DNA from: Takakia lepidozioides | Taxonomy: Eukaryota; Plantae; Bryophyta | Assembly: GCA_030704615.1 (NCBI GenBank) | Contig: CM060731.1 | Location: 26,722,001-26,786,000, forward strand | Direction: 5' to 3' | Length of the DNA stretch: 64,000 nt | The notes under the pieces: model-generated | Told to the model about the DNA's origin: nothing | The model's database searches: none | What the model saw: only the letters and a program-made list of their open reading frames with translations | Made by a program: the position numbers and the translations under genes | Shown: positions 40,201 through 54,384 of the stretch, piece after piece | How the letters are laid out: each line of letters starts with the position of its first letter | How positions within the stretch are numbered: the stretch's first letter is position 1

Positions 40201-42492
40201 GGCGTCAATGACAAAATACCCTCTTAGAGATAGATCTTGTACAACGTCCTTCTCTGCTGTGTTGTTTGTTGTTGAGTTTAAAAGTACAGATGCATCCACT
40301 CCCTGCACTCCAAACATGTAAGAAATGTATAGCTCATAACAAAAAAAGTTTTTAGGTAATTTTGAGACCTACGTGATAAGATAATAAAATAATAAACCAT
40401 AATTTTTCGATTGTGCTAAAATTATTAAGTATCATTGATAGACTCAGAGCTCTTTAAATGATTTGTCTATAACTTGGAGCAAACATAATAAAGATAATAT
40501 TAGATGACATTTTCAAAAACAAATTGCCGCCTACCAAAGTGAGCATAAATTATTGTATCTCTCCATCCAAAATTGCTACTACCTTCCATTGAGAAAGTGG
40601 ACATGAACTTCTAATATCGGTTATGGGAACAATATAGTTGTGTGAACCTCCCCAAATGACTCAAAAATTCCCATGTACCCGTGTACATTCGATGTTTGGT
40701 TGATCCAATAACCCCCATTTTATAACGAGGTTGGCTATAATGGATAACATCCCAAATACACCTATGTGCCCTTGAACCAACAATCATTTGTAAGACGACT
40801 GTGTAAATAATCATTATGCCACATGTTGGATGTTCAACATATATATACATATACAATTTAATTTTTGGTCAATTTCAAGTGTGCTTTATAAGTAAGTTCA
40901 TTTAATCTATTCAAATATCCAATTCCAGTTCAATTTCTAGCTCTTAGATGAAATATTTCAAGCCATTCTACACATTTATAATGCGTGACAATATGGTGGT
41001 CAACAACTGCATTGAAGTGAGCAACATTCTATCTTGCGCATGACACCACAAGTAAATTATTGCTATATATTAAGATGCATGACCAAAAAAAAACATTTGA
41101 ATAGAATCTTGATCATTTAGTTGAATCCATCTATGAGGCTATGGAAACCTCGCCTCACTGAACATCAAGAAGTACAACTACTAATAATGAAAGATGAAAC
41201 AAATGGTGAGTAAATGATTTACTTGAACAATGGCATCGTGGAAATGCAATCTGAGAAGGGAGGCTGCCAAGGTGGGATCAGCATCAACATAGGAACAGAG
41301 AACACTCCATATGGTCTCTGCCAATCCGGGACACGAGTCTTGGTAGAAGCCGTACTGCATGTCATTTGTCCATTATCATTTTTTCTCATGCATAATTTAC
41401 TTAAATATGTTCAATCGTTAAAATTTGTCTTGACTACCTAAGCTTTTATATTCCTCATAGGCCCACATTCAATTATTATACATGCAAAAAATTGACATGA
41501 AAAACAGTAACTTGTAACCAACATATTTTTAATATGACGGATTTACAACGTATTCTCAACAATTATTAGTGTTACAGACAATTATCTTGGAGGATTTCTT
41601 CTTCATTCTAAACCTTGACAAATGGCCGAGACTGGAGGCACAAGTGCATGTTAAAAATTAGGTCTGGATGGTGTCAAAAAATATGATCCTATATCTGTAG
41701 TTAGTCTTGATGTTTGGATCATCGTGACCTTGTAACTCAAGCATTGGTGTGCCACCTACACCACTTTGGATCCAAGGTGGACGGATCATTATCAATGTCT
41801 AAGAGCAAAGAATGATGTCAGAGTGACTTGGGCGTTGGAGGTGGAGGTGACTGGTCTATGAGGCATGATTTGTCAAGTGAACTAGGAGATGAAGGTGACT
41901 CTGGTGGACTAGAAGGTAGTGGTTCTACTAGTCTACCATGCTATTTGCGACAAAACTCATAGCCATGCCTCTCACCAATAATATATGTATCATGTTGATG
42001 AAAAAGAACTACCACAGCCAACACCAAGATGCACTACCTCTAATACATGGACAAACACCCCAACCATGTTTGAGGTTTGGGATTGACGATATTGTGGGAG
42101 AGTTGTGACTAATCTTTCCATGGGTCATGGTCTATACAATGAAGATGACATTGTAGTTTTTCATGAGAGATGGGAGATAGTGGACTTGATTATCTACTTT
42201 AGCCAATACCAGTAGAGTATTTACATGGCTTATAAAAGAGCTCAACAACGTGTCAAGCCTCAAGTGACATAGTAAAGAGGGCCACATGATTGGCTTTCAA
42301 TGGAATTCTAACCTTCAATCCTGAAGCAAGAGTGACATTGGTGATGACACCGACATCATAGTCGGAGCCAGCTGCGTGAGTAGCATCACCGTGAGCTCTA
42401 TCAATTCTTGACATAAGAAGTAGCAAAAATGCGCATATTGAAACAGCTTGAAGCAGACCAACCCATGCTTTCAAAGGTTGCTTATGAGCCAT
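37281..42492 (-). pseudogene. Class III secretory peroxidase, last exon frameshifted and truncated; exons 42492-42313, 41354-41223, 40302-40114, 39534-39369, 37331-~37281
   Basis: Signal peptide; [46 protein letters not shown] and DLVVLSG-AHTI. A frameshift follows AHTI and similarity is lost after TTQCNSMVSH. Confidence 0.85.
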
Positions 42493-45400
42493 TGTAGATT
42501 GTTGTTTACAACGTTTGTAGTTGATACTATACTTCGATTTCTGTCACAAAAAATACAATTTATTGATTAGTTTCGAATTTATTTAACAAATGAATGTGTA
42601 TCAGCTACATATGTCTTTCGGTAACAAGTATAATCTATGCACAGTGGAACATGATTTTGACAATATTTGATTATAACTGTATTTGTACATAATTGATTAA
42701 TATACGAAGCATACATAGCACTAGCTAAGGTGGTATATGAAAACAACTCTAACCTTTGTACAACAACCACTGCATTCCTCTTCGAATTGCACCCGAAACT
42801 TAAAGGTAAGTATGCAATGAGTCTGCTAGTCATCAACTGCTGAAATACTTGGAAGTTTGATGACCTTTGGCAAGAATCTGCACCCTAATCGGGATTCGAA
42901 AGCTTAGATCGGTCCCACCTCATTACACCCCACACGATTGGTCTGTCATTTTTTAAAATAGCTTTCACTTTAGACATGTCCCTCATAAAAGACAGGTGTT
43001 AGGTGGCCTGAATATTGTTCTAATCAAGTTGCTTCTAACCTACATCTAAAAACATCTTGAAAATGTTTGAGATGAATCGATTATCGGATTTTTTTTTAAA
43101 AAATATCGGTTATTTTTGTCCCTTTTTTGTCAAACTTATGTACTGCTTGCTTTGATGATGAGAAATTTCCAGTGTCTTGTGGTTTTCTTAGGTTTCATGA
43201 ATCATTACGAAAGATATTGTAACTATTGCAAATGTTTATCATATATCAACTCAATCATTTGATCATTTTTATCATCATGAGTTGGTTTGAATAAGAAAGA
43301 TTATCATTCCCTAATCCCATTGTAGTAATCTAGTATAAAAATATTCACAATGAACATCTTTCACCAATTATTAAACTATCAATTCTACCATTTAGATTCT
43401 ACTAGTTGATCTTTATTTGTATAGTTGATACATTAATATGGTCGGTCCTAGGGTTGATTCTAAAACTGCTACATGTCCTAATTCCTCTTTAGAATATAAG
43501 AAAAATTAAACGTATGGATCTAGTGGTGGTGTAGAGCAACGTGGGTCGTGAAGTGACTTTTATGTAGTTAAATTATTTGTTTTTTCTAATTCATCATTTT
43601 CAGTAGAGTTTTCCATGACTAGGTAGGTACCCTGATAGTTATCTTGCTTTTTGAGAATCTCTTGTCTTATTTGCTTCTTTGCTTTTGTGTTCCATCTTGG
43701 GGTTCATTAGTCATCACATGATTGTATAGTTGTATATTTCAAAATTCTCTTTGTCATAGATGAGCTTTGTCCAATGTCGGTGGACATTTAGGTCATGCGA
43801 ATTGATCACTACAAATAAATTATTGTTTGATTCATGTGATGGGAGTAAATAAGTCATTGGCAAAGAGTAATTGAGAGTTTCATTTGTTTAGTGATAGAAG
43901 CAAGCCTCTAGATAGGAAGATGACGCCTATGTATCCAAATTAAAAGTTATGGAACTATCTAAAAACTGACCTTTGAAACTCGTCAAGTTGGTCCATACTT
44001 GTTGTCAAGTCTAGTACTTGGAGGTACTGGGACCTCAACAACTCATATTCACAACTTTTGGTAGGCTCCAAATGATTTGGATTTCAGTAGCAAACTTGAA
44101 ATTCATATGCTTTGATAAGAGTGATTTCTTGTAAGAATATTTTCTAGTGTAAAAGCATTTGATAAGAATAAGTTTTCTCCTGGGTTTCTCATTGTGAATA
44201 TGAAATTTTCAAATGAAATGGACGGTTTCTATTACTGATTTCTACAAATGAACAGATGACTATGAGATGTGTCAAATGTTCTTAATGAATCAAAAACCAA
44301 ATGAAGGTCAATGATGGTTCTAACTTGTTATGACACATAAAAGTTTACTATCTGAATTTATCTATAACTAATTTGAATAATCTGAGAGTTGTCGAGAATC
44401 CTGACTCAGATTTAAACGCGTTCAACAGTTGCTGCCAGACTCTTGGATACGCCTAGACGAGGATCGTCTCCCAAAATACTGCTCACAATAGGTATCAAAC
44501 ATGTATGTCGCCCAACACAAGCCTGTATTACCACAATGCAAACACTTTTTACTCCTTTAGCGATACGATGTACTTGTGACTTTTTGCAGTAAAAAAATCA
44601 GTTTCGAGGGAATTTATGAAATTCACGGCCACTGCAAAGTGGACATCCTCGAAACCTTGGAGAAAATATCAACAGAAGACGCAATCCTTCCTGACAGAGA
44701 AATAAAATGACATTTTCAAATGACATTTTTTCCTTATTGACCTCAATCCATCCTGACTGAAAATAGGCGCATGCCTCATCGGGGTACTGAGATGCCGCTG
44801 CGTTCTTTATGAAATCTGCAGGAGTGACACAGAATATCCCAATGAATGCTTTATAGGCATTGTCAGTTGGCTTGAAGCCCAAATTTTCAATGGCATACGC
44901 ACCAAGTAGGGGTTGCTCTTGTGCACCCTAGGACTTGTTCCCTCCGATATCCCACGCGCCTTTCGAAGGAACTTGAGATGCTACCAAGAAATAGGGAAAG
45001 TGCGCCCAAATGAGACATACGTTCTTGGTGCGTCTAGTGATGTCCGTGATGCAATAGCGCTTGCTGCTCCTTCGCCAGTAAGCCAAGCAAACCGGTCTTC
45101 TTTCTTAATTTCCGCCACCCCCATAGCCACCATAAAATCATCCACGAGCTTGTCAATGAATGCTCGCACCGAAACGTGCATACCTGCTTGGGATATGTCA
45201 GCCACCAATCCATCCCGCAAATCTGATAATTCGCTCCTCAAATAGTCAACAGTAACTTGTTGCTTCAAAAGGGTGAAGCTAGCCATAAAGTTATAAGCAA
45301 AACTCAAGTCAATTTGGCCGCGAAGGAGCATAGACTTCTTCATTCGTCTTTGGATGACATGTTAGCCCGCATAATTGATTTTACTATTAATACCAATTTT

Positions 45401-47864
45401 CTAGATCTCCCTTGCAGGAAAGACAGCTGTGGGTCTTCAGGAGCCTCCATGATGTGGGGTGATTCCGTATTCGACAGCCCCCTGCCCAGTTTTTTGCTTC
45501 CTATGTATGCAGAAGAAATGGCACTTCGCACATCATGGTTCCCATGGTTCAACATGACTGGCATGACATGGGAATTGTCAAGGCAATGAGGGGAAACCAT
45601 GTCGTGATAAACTTGTAAGCTTGGTCCACTCGAACGTTTGTCAGAGGATAAGGCATGCCGGGGGTTGGGGGAAGGTGCTATTTTCCTATTATATGCTCTT
45701 CCATCTCGAACTATTGTGTATCTCTGCAATGTCGCTATGTACTGCAAGAATCTTTTGAATGTGATCCCAACTCTCATTGTTATTTGGGGAGGGAGCAAGG
45801 TCTTCCCGTGGCAGCCTCTATGGCACTCATGTTGTGAGGTTATTTTGTCTTGTAATTGTAATAGTGAAACTTACAATTCTAATTGCACAATGTTGTGGAA
45901 TGGATGCCACAGTTGTAGGCTTATTTCTCATTTTGAGTGTTTGATAGTGGTCTTCATTGTATTCAGCCAACGATTGCCTAGATTAATCCCACGGTCATAG
46001 CACCCTCCTCGGATATAGGCGCCGTGTGTTTATGCTGACGGGCAAATGACCACGCAGCGCCATGTCAGCATTTGTCGTCATGTCAGCCTGTTGACATCAC
46101 GCTCACGCAACGTCAGCGTTGGTGCATGCTCACGCCACATCACTCCTACGTGAGCGTACACTCACGCGCAAGGCTCACGCCATTGCATCGTTGTAATTTG
46201 GTCAAACTGAAATCCAAAAACCACCTTCCATGCCACTGTAGTTTTTGATGAATATGTGTGTGTCTGTGAGATCCATATGACTTCCTTATACCCTTCATTA
46301 TAGTTGTATTATCAGTCAATGAAAGATAAAAACTCTTATAAGGGTTATCATGTGTACTAAATTCCCTGTTTGCAGAGAAGTCATTATATCTTCAATGGTT
46401 TTTTACACATGATGTTGCATGAAGTGGTTGTATATACAATCCTCGCACGGAGGTTTGAATAATAGAATCTCAAAGAAAAAAAGTTGGGACTTACAAGTTA
46501 CATGTATGTTCTAAGACGTTTTACATAAGTTTGTCTGTCAAAATGTCAGTGGAGTAATCACTCCACAAAATGACTACCATCACCAAATGCTATAAACGTT
46601 CATGTACTTATGCCCAAGAATGCTCAAACATACTTATATGTTTTGTTCAAATGTTTCAAAGTTGATACAATCCCTTTGACCAAGTGCTGAGGCATGGATA
46701 TGGCTTCAAAACATGTGTTCATTGCTTCATTGGATGCGTCATTCCAGGAGGATGAAGTGCTGGAAACCTCAAGGCCGACGCCTTTCATGATCCAGATATG
46801 CAAAAAATGAAAAAGACCCTTCCCAAACTGTATAGAATTATACAATTTCAAACTTTTGACCCAAGTTGTCAACGGTGGCCTTTTGCCAAGAAAAACGTCT
46901 GATTGGCCTGAAATTCCACCATTAGGTATAGTTGGTAGGTGAGCAGTTAATGTCCGGTGTCAATTTTTTAAACTTTTGTGTTTTGATGGAGTTATGCGCG
47001 TTTTTCGGGGTAGGGGTCATGGTTTTGACAAAAGTCAAAGATAAGCCATTAAGCGTTTAAGGGCTAAACCCCCTTATATGCCGCATGTTCACTCAAACTA
47101 ATGGATCCAAGTGTAATAAAAAGCCATATACATGAGACATAATGTTAAAAATTAAACTAATATGATATTATTATCATTATCATTATTAAAACTTTCACTA
47201 GCCAACAAACTTTTCTATCTAATTTATCACCTCTTATCCATGAATATGAGAGTACGCGATCCATATATTGAAGCATCTAACAAATGTCCTCGTGCTTATG
47301 ACACAAGCAAGTGGTCGTGGGTTCAAAGCTACATAGATCTATAGTTTGTTGGATGTCACCTAGTATGACTGACCCAAATATTGAAAGTGGGTAATTGGGA
47401 AGGGGGTTATTGGGTCAATTAGTTACTTAATATGTGGATACATAGGGACTTTATTTCGAATCCTTGGGAGAGGGTTGGATAACCGCGTTGCCCCGGTTAC
47501 GACTACTATAAGGTGTCCATCTTCCAAAAGGAATGCAGTAGCCTTTCGGGCGAAGTGACACCATAAGTTATATTTGTTGAATCATCCAAAGTTTTATCAC
47601 AACTCTACATGGTGTTGCTTTAAATTAACTCAAGACATATTACATATACGTACATTTTTAAAATATTATAAACTTTCGTTCTTAATTACTTACTTTCAAA
47701 GTTCGACAATGAAGTTAGTTTCCTAAAACACAATAAATTTTTTGAAACATTCTTTGAAAAATCAATGCATTTGACACGTCTTTCAAAAATATAATGCTTT
47801 AATATGAAGTGCATGTGATTTCTATCAAATTATGAATGGTCATCATGTCGTTGTCTATTAAGAT

Positions 47865-48735
47865 TATTATTATTTTATTTTTATTTTTATTTTTATAATG
47901 GTGATGAGGCCCTTGTTAGTTTTATTAATGATTATTGAAGGGAGAAAAATTAAAACCCTTACATGCCCGAAGACTGCCATGAGGCCTATCACACGAGAAT
48001 CGTGTTGGAGATACCAAGTGAACTATAGACCGAGAGATACGAGATCTGATCCAAGACATGGATAGAAGTCACTGCTCTATCGCAGGATGGAGCCATATTG
48101 GCGAGGAACAGGGTCATCCTAGAGCAGGAGCCCCGAATTGGGGTACTTCCCAGGAAGAAGAGGCAGATTGCAACTAAGCTTGCAGCAAACTAACTGATTT
48201 ATTGGTTAAAATCTGCAGGGATCTATCTCTGAAAATGCAGTCTTGCCCAGGCTGCCACTTTGATATGTTTCCAGTTGATGTCGGACTTCTCAAACTCAGG
48301 AGATGCTGAAGATGAAGGACCAGCAATGTTGCCATGAGAAGGGAATTCCTGTAGGCCAGAGGCATGTGCTTGCATCAGGGCATCTGCAAATGAGTCCGTT
48401 CCTACCCCAAGTCTCCTAGAATTCGGTGAAGAGATAAAACTATCGTTGTGGTCTTCTGGCGATCTCTGCACACATTTTGGCCCACGCAAGTTTGGAAGCT
48501 ACTGTCAAGTCGAAGAAGATCTGAGAAAGAACTGTCATGGCCGAGGTATTCTGAGTGTCCAACACCCATTTACACCTTGCTTTCCACAAATGCCACAGGG
48601 TTGCAGTCCTAAGAGTTTCAAAGATAGGACAGTCATAGGCCTTTGCTTTAACAACCTGGTTGTAATTGAGGAGAAGAGTTATGGGCCTATTAGGGACCGA
48701 GCCCCAGGAACGATAGATTATGTTTGATATCAAAC
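47865..48735 (-). mobile_element. LINE (L1-like) 3' fragment with (TAAAAA)n tail
   Basis: LRTATLWHLWKARCKWVLD is a C-terminal L1 ORF2 motif. A (TTTTTA)n tract lies at 47872-47896. Confidence 0.65.
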
Positions 48736-48924
48736 AACTCAGTTAATAACGTTTGTTAAAACCACTAACAGCAAATCTAGGCACTTTATGGTGTTGGTTC
48801 ACACAAACACGCTATACAGGACTCATGTCCTCCAATGCTTTTGTTCAACGGACATCATTTGATGATTTTTTTCTAAAAAACATTTAAGAGAAGAGGAGGA
48901 AGCCCGTAAAAGCTCATTGAAAAT

Positions 48925-49200
48925 ATCATTGAAGGGAAAAAAAAATTAAAACCCTTACATTGCCTGAAGGATGCCATGAGGCCTAGACACATAGAAGATT
49001 GTGTTCGAGGAGCGATATCATAGGAACTAGGACCCAGAGTGAGAACACCTGGAAAGAAATAGAACGATGGACCCGTTGACATAGAAACATTGTCGGGCAG
49101 AGCGCATGGAGGTGCAGTCCCCGAAATTCAAGGAGTATAATGAAAAAGGAGTAGAGAGCAGGGACGCTAAACCATGAGCGGTGAGCTCGAAATCGTGAGC
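48925..49200 (-). repeat. Second, related LINE 3'-UTR fragment
   Basis: gaaggg...aaaattaaaacccttacat..gaag..tgccatgaggcct matches 47937-47990. Confidence 0.6.
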
Positions 49201-49410
49201 CCATAATGTAAATTTTATATGATTATGAGCATGGATGGGTCGTCAAAACATTAAGAAATGAGACGTATTTCCGCGGATTACTGTATAACGACCCTATATC
49301 CGAGGATAGTTCATGTTTCCCATATCATCATTTTGACTTTGATGATTAAAATCCAAATAGAAAGTCATACCCATATTTTGCAGGATCAAACAGTGGACCA
49401 GAAAGACTAA

Positions 49411-50910
49411 ATATTTATTTTATTTAGTTTTAAACCTAGCACTCCTGGACAGGTAGAGGCATTGCCCACCCCCCCTCCGGTTCCCTTGCTCACGAGGCTA
49501 ATTACCCGTGGCGCCAAATATACAGTCCCTATGATGTGGACTAGCGAATGTGTTCAGTTCCACGGGGCATGTGAGCGGGCTGGAGTAGTATGGATGTGTG
49601 AGCTGAAATGTCTTAATAAGTAAGGCGAGGATATCCTGGGGTAGAGTGTGGTGTGCATATGCTGATTCAAGTCTAGTGAGGGAGCGTGGTTTTGGGGGGG
49701 GGGGAGTATCTTTGAGATAGTGTTGTACAAGCCAGTATAGTTATGTGACAAACTCTTGCTTTGGGGGTTGTAGAGGCTGTGGGTATGAGTCTGTAGCGGA
49801 GTATTTTTCCCATAGCCATGTTAACATGTCGTTGGGGATGAGCCCAATGAAGCGGCCATGTTGGGCATAAATATTGGAAAGGCGGGGGCCAATGCAAATT
49901 GTTGGTTGGTCGTTTTTAACGTCTTTGTCAAGGTTACATTCAGTTATGCATATATTTACGTTGCGGGCAGAGATCGGTTTGTGGATGTACCGGTTGTCTA
50001 TAGTTTGGGCGGGGGTGGCGTGTTTGTTGATGGATATGGGTAAGGTAGTTAATGTTAGTATGTTTATAGAAGGTGGTGAGGAAGGTAAGGTTGTGGTCGA
50101 GGTCGCAGTCATCGTGTCAGCCAAATAGATCATCTTCTATTTGCCATGTGTTGTCCTCTGAGGGATAGCCAGCCCATTTGTAGTGGTAGTATGTATCGAC
50201 GCAGGTGGCACCAAAGGAGTCGATTGACGTTTGGGTTCTGACTCCCAGAACAGCTTCAATGGTGAAGGCATTGGGGTTATCAGAGTTGTGTGGGGAGGGT
50301 GGGGAGGTTGTAGATGGGGTGAGCTGGGAGTGGGTGAGGATTTCTAGATAGCTAATATGAGAGGTTAATGGTAATTGGGAGTAATTGTGGTCAGGTTCGG
50401 CATGTTGCATAATAGGTAGTTGAGAGGAGGGGTCGGGTTCGGTGTTTGTGGCGTGTGATGCCCTAAGTGTTTGGAAGATGGAGACAGCTAGGGTGGATCT
50501 ATATTGGGGGAGTAGATCCTGGAGCGTATGGGGATAGTGGAGGCAGGGGAAATTGCATTCGAGGGTACAGGCTGTAGATGGCTGGCAAAAAATGGTGCAG
50601 AGATGATGCAAGAATCGGCTGGTTTTGGTCGTAGCATGTGAGAACTTAAGAGTGAATTCACTTGGTTTCATAAGCCGTCGACCCGTGGCGGTGGTAAGTT
50701 GGGTAAGGGTGGTAATGTGGCGCTCTTTGAAATAAGTAAAGATGGGTATTTTTGCTTAGGGTGAGAGATTTTGAATTGCGATAAACAAGGGCTTGTGAGC
50801 CACGCACGTTCTAAAGGTGAAGAGGTGGTAGGGTAGTCCGGCATGTCGGTTTGTATGCTGATTTTCATTTGGCGCAAGATGAGTAGTGTGCGTGCAATAG
50901 GGGAGTGGTG
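49411..50910 (-). mobile_element. 3' part of a RandI/Dualen-like LINE including a chromodomain (50120-50275) and (TAAA)n 3' end
   Basis: FTIEAVLGVR...YHYKWAGYPSEDNTW is a chromo signature. Same strand and C/A-rich coding bias as the RT at 54385-55680. A TAAA-repeat tail lies at 49411-49427. Confidence 0.6.
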
Positions 50911-51916
50911 ACGAGCCCTGAGCGTGCGCGGTCAGGGCGACGACATACTAGCTAGGGGGGTCGTGGTAAGTTGCGGTGTAGGTTGGGCTCATTGAACCGC
51001 CTACCCGGCTGCGGTTAGTGCAGGGGGTCCGTGGTCGTGCATGATGGAAATGGTTACTATCTAATTCCTACCGGCAAAGATGAGTCGCATACTCCGCTTC
51101 ACAAGGCGAGTTTGCATTTCTTAAGTCCTACGGAGTTCTACCATCTATTAAGTAACTACCTTCCAAGTCATTTGTTTATTATTATTTCCTACCGCCTATA
51201 GCCGGGATGTGTGGTAATCCCTTCACAAGGCACCTACCAAGCCTAGGGAGGAGAGGGATAATCTTCCTCTCCCACCGCCCCTCCTTTACCGCGTGCCTGA
51301 GTTCAAGTCACTCTTGGTGGAAGGGCTAATGCTCCCCTACTCTCATGCCCAACGGCTTTGTTTAGGCTGAGGGGGGCCAACATACCTATCATCAATCAAT
51401 AGGTGCAAGAAAAACGATAAGGTGAATCCAAGTCCCTTATGCGAATAAGTTCAAGAGGTTTAATAACCTCCTTTCAACTTTACAAGTCAAATCCTATGCA
51501 TTAAGCCAATTTAAGCAATTTTGCCATAAAGAAATGCTAGAAAATAAAATAAAAAATTAGAGAAATCCAGAAAAATACCTCCCCTATGAGAAATCACGTG
51601 GGGATTCCAAAAATGCCCTTGGCACCTAGAGTGGACCTTGGGAACCCCTTAAGAACCAGATTATAGCCCGGGAACCCCCGAAAACCGTTCCCTGCCACGA
51701 GGAACGACCGCGGCTACCGGATGAACGAAGCTCGTGCGGATTTCATCCCTGCCAATTCATCCGTCAGTCCAAAACGTGCATACTCACATGCTAAGGCAAT
51801 CATATGGTGGGACCAAGCCTGATTCCTCACACTTATATTAAATAAAGGGGCCTGAGGTGCTTTCCTCCCTTTGGAAACGGTCATCCCCTACCTTGGGCTC
51901 TGACACAACTTGGCAC

Positions 51917-53708
51917 TGTAGCCGGATTTCAAGGATAGAGTACTTTTGCTCCTCCCTAGTCTCTCAACGTTTCAGTCTCTCTCTATCGACTTAGAGACCC
52001 TCTGAGCCACTTCTCTGGCATATAAGAAAGCCCACTTCAGGGCCTAAGCTCTCCCCCAATCTTAGAATTTTTCCTCCATGGGAGCCCTGGTTTCAACCCT
52101 TAAAGGGGTATAAATTAAAACAGATAGTAGAAGGTTAGAAAAACCCCCCTTAAAAGATATCACCACTGCTGTATCCGCAGGGTAATCGCGCCCGCCCACG
52201 TGGCGGGGCGTGGCTCCGCGCGGGACGGTCCAAGCTGCAAACCGCCGGTCCTTGCCGCGGTTAAAGCCGGCGTCCGCCGGTCCCTAGGCAAATGTATTAT
52301 CCGATGGGTAAAGACCCACCTCCTTGCACGCACGAGCGTCCCTGCTCCTCAGGGCCACGCGGCTATGTCCTTTTCTGCTGGGGTACGACAGAAGTCAGCG
52401 TTGGGGTCCTGCGCAGCCCGTACGCCGTGGCGCCAGCCACGGCTGCCGTCCCCGCTTCCTTAATTTAGTGCTTAGCTATGGGGCGCAGCACCCGGGAGTA
52501 CCCCGGGCTGCTCACGATGGTGGGCAGGTCCTATCAGTAAGAAAAACAAAACCTCCCATAACCCAAAAAAAAAACATTCCCCTCCCCTAAGCTTCCATGG
52601 CCTTGCTTGGGGGGGTCAAATTAGCACATAGATTAGAGTGGCCTAAAACATACCTTCAGCCTGCTGGTACCTGTTTCCAGAGCTAGTATATGGTGTCAAT
52701 CAGTCACTAAGGACATAATAATTTCACTCCTTTATCAAGGTAAACAAGCCTCAATGATAGTCCTTCCATTGGCGTCATGGGGTCTTCCCCTTGTCAAATA
52801 TGACTCAAAATCAACATAGATTCGCAAGACATCCACCTCTTCAGAGGGCTTTAATTCAATCAGTTTTTTCAATATTCAAGATCAAGCTTGCTAAACAACA
52901 AACTTCTCATACATAAAGGGGGAAGTGAGGATGTGATAACCTTCCAATGTGAGTGTGCTTGAGATGCCCTAATGACTCGAAGGTGGTACTCTAGGCAGCC
53001 ATTCTTGGTGCTCGTCTCTAGGTCCACGCCGGCCTTCCTACTCGTCTTCAAGTCAACCTCCTCTACATGAATTTGCACATAACCTCCTTCATGAATTCCC
53101 AAAGGGCCTCAAGGCCAAAATGAACTAGGCTTCCTTGCCTTAGCTCTCAACACATCTACCTAACTAGGGAGCTTCAAGCTCCACTCCCTAGGATCTAGCC
53201 CTCCTCAAGCCAAAAAATTAGCAAGCACTACAATAACAAGCAAGAGGAAACTAAGCAAATGAGCTAGATGAAGAGCAAGAAGGGCCTTGCTCTTCATTTA
53301 TACTGTTTTTGAGTCCAATAAACTAAGGAGAAATATTCCTTAAACTATTGTATCCTTGGAGGAACTATAGTTTAATATTCAACATGGATAAAAAGTTTTA
53401 GAGGCCAATGAAAGTTGGCTTTTTATCCATCCTGATGGATGACCAGTTGGCGCAAGTTGTCATTTCATCCATTCAGCTCCTCAAGGCGAATTTAGGATTT
53501 TCCAAATCCATCCATGAAGTAAAAATTCAAATAATCGGCTCCCGTGAGTGTCGTTGACTCAATAATTTGGTGCCGTTGATAATCTTCTCTATAAATCACC
53601 AAACTTGGTGACAAACTACAATTATATACCCAGTATCAGCCTGTAAATTCTCAGGTCCATCGGTGGTAAAAAGTTTCTCCTTTCGCCCTTCGTCGTAGTT
53701 TTGCTACA
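51917..53708 (-). mobile_element. Probable LTR (TGTAGC...GCTACA) with adjacent degenerate Met-PBS, part of an insertion that splits the LINE
   Basis: 6-bp terminal inverted repeat. gctctgacacaact at ~51897-51910 resembles the reverse of the TGGTATCAGAGC PBS. Minus-strand TATAAAT at ~53296. No TSD found. Confidence 0.4.
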
Positions 53709-54384
53709 TAAAGATTTTGTTTGTTTCTTGGAAATCAAATCCCTGGGGGTGGCTCTGGGGTCTTTGACCCTGCCACTGAGTCATAGGTTGTCCGGAGTCC
53801 CCTCCAATTGTCTCGCATTGCTAACAAGCCCACGCTTCGCGGTTTGAAGTCATCCTGACCTGCTGTCGTTCCGATGCAGCCATTCGCTTTGTTGCGATAT
53901 TTCATCGCTGTACAGTTTGTTTCTTCCAATTGTCAAGCTCCTCGCCGTGTGTTCCCTGGACTTGAAAAGCGGGAGAATAAAGAGATCGCAATCTGGGACT
54001 GGAACAGTCGTCCTGTATTGTTTGAACATAATTACCTTGCCGTTACTGGTACCGAATTGGCAGCCTAATCTGCTGGTGATGCAGCTTCCAATGGTCATCT
54101 TGACGCCAAAGCTTATCTCCATGGTCATCGCAAACACTGTCTAATTTCCTACGTGCTTTACCAGCGATTTCCAGATAATCAACAAACTATCCTGTTTTTG
54201 GCAGTACAATGCCGAAACAGCTTGTCTTATGATAAAAAACGATCTGAAAAGAAAAGTGTACCAATACATGCATCTACAAGTGGAGGCAAGTCTGTGGGTG
54301 TAATGATGATAATGAATAGAGATCATTGTATTTTAAGGCAAGGAATTTGAACAGATGTTAGAAGAAAAGTATCGATCTTTTTTT

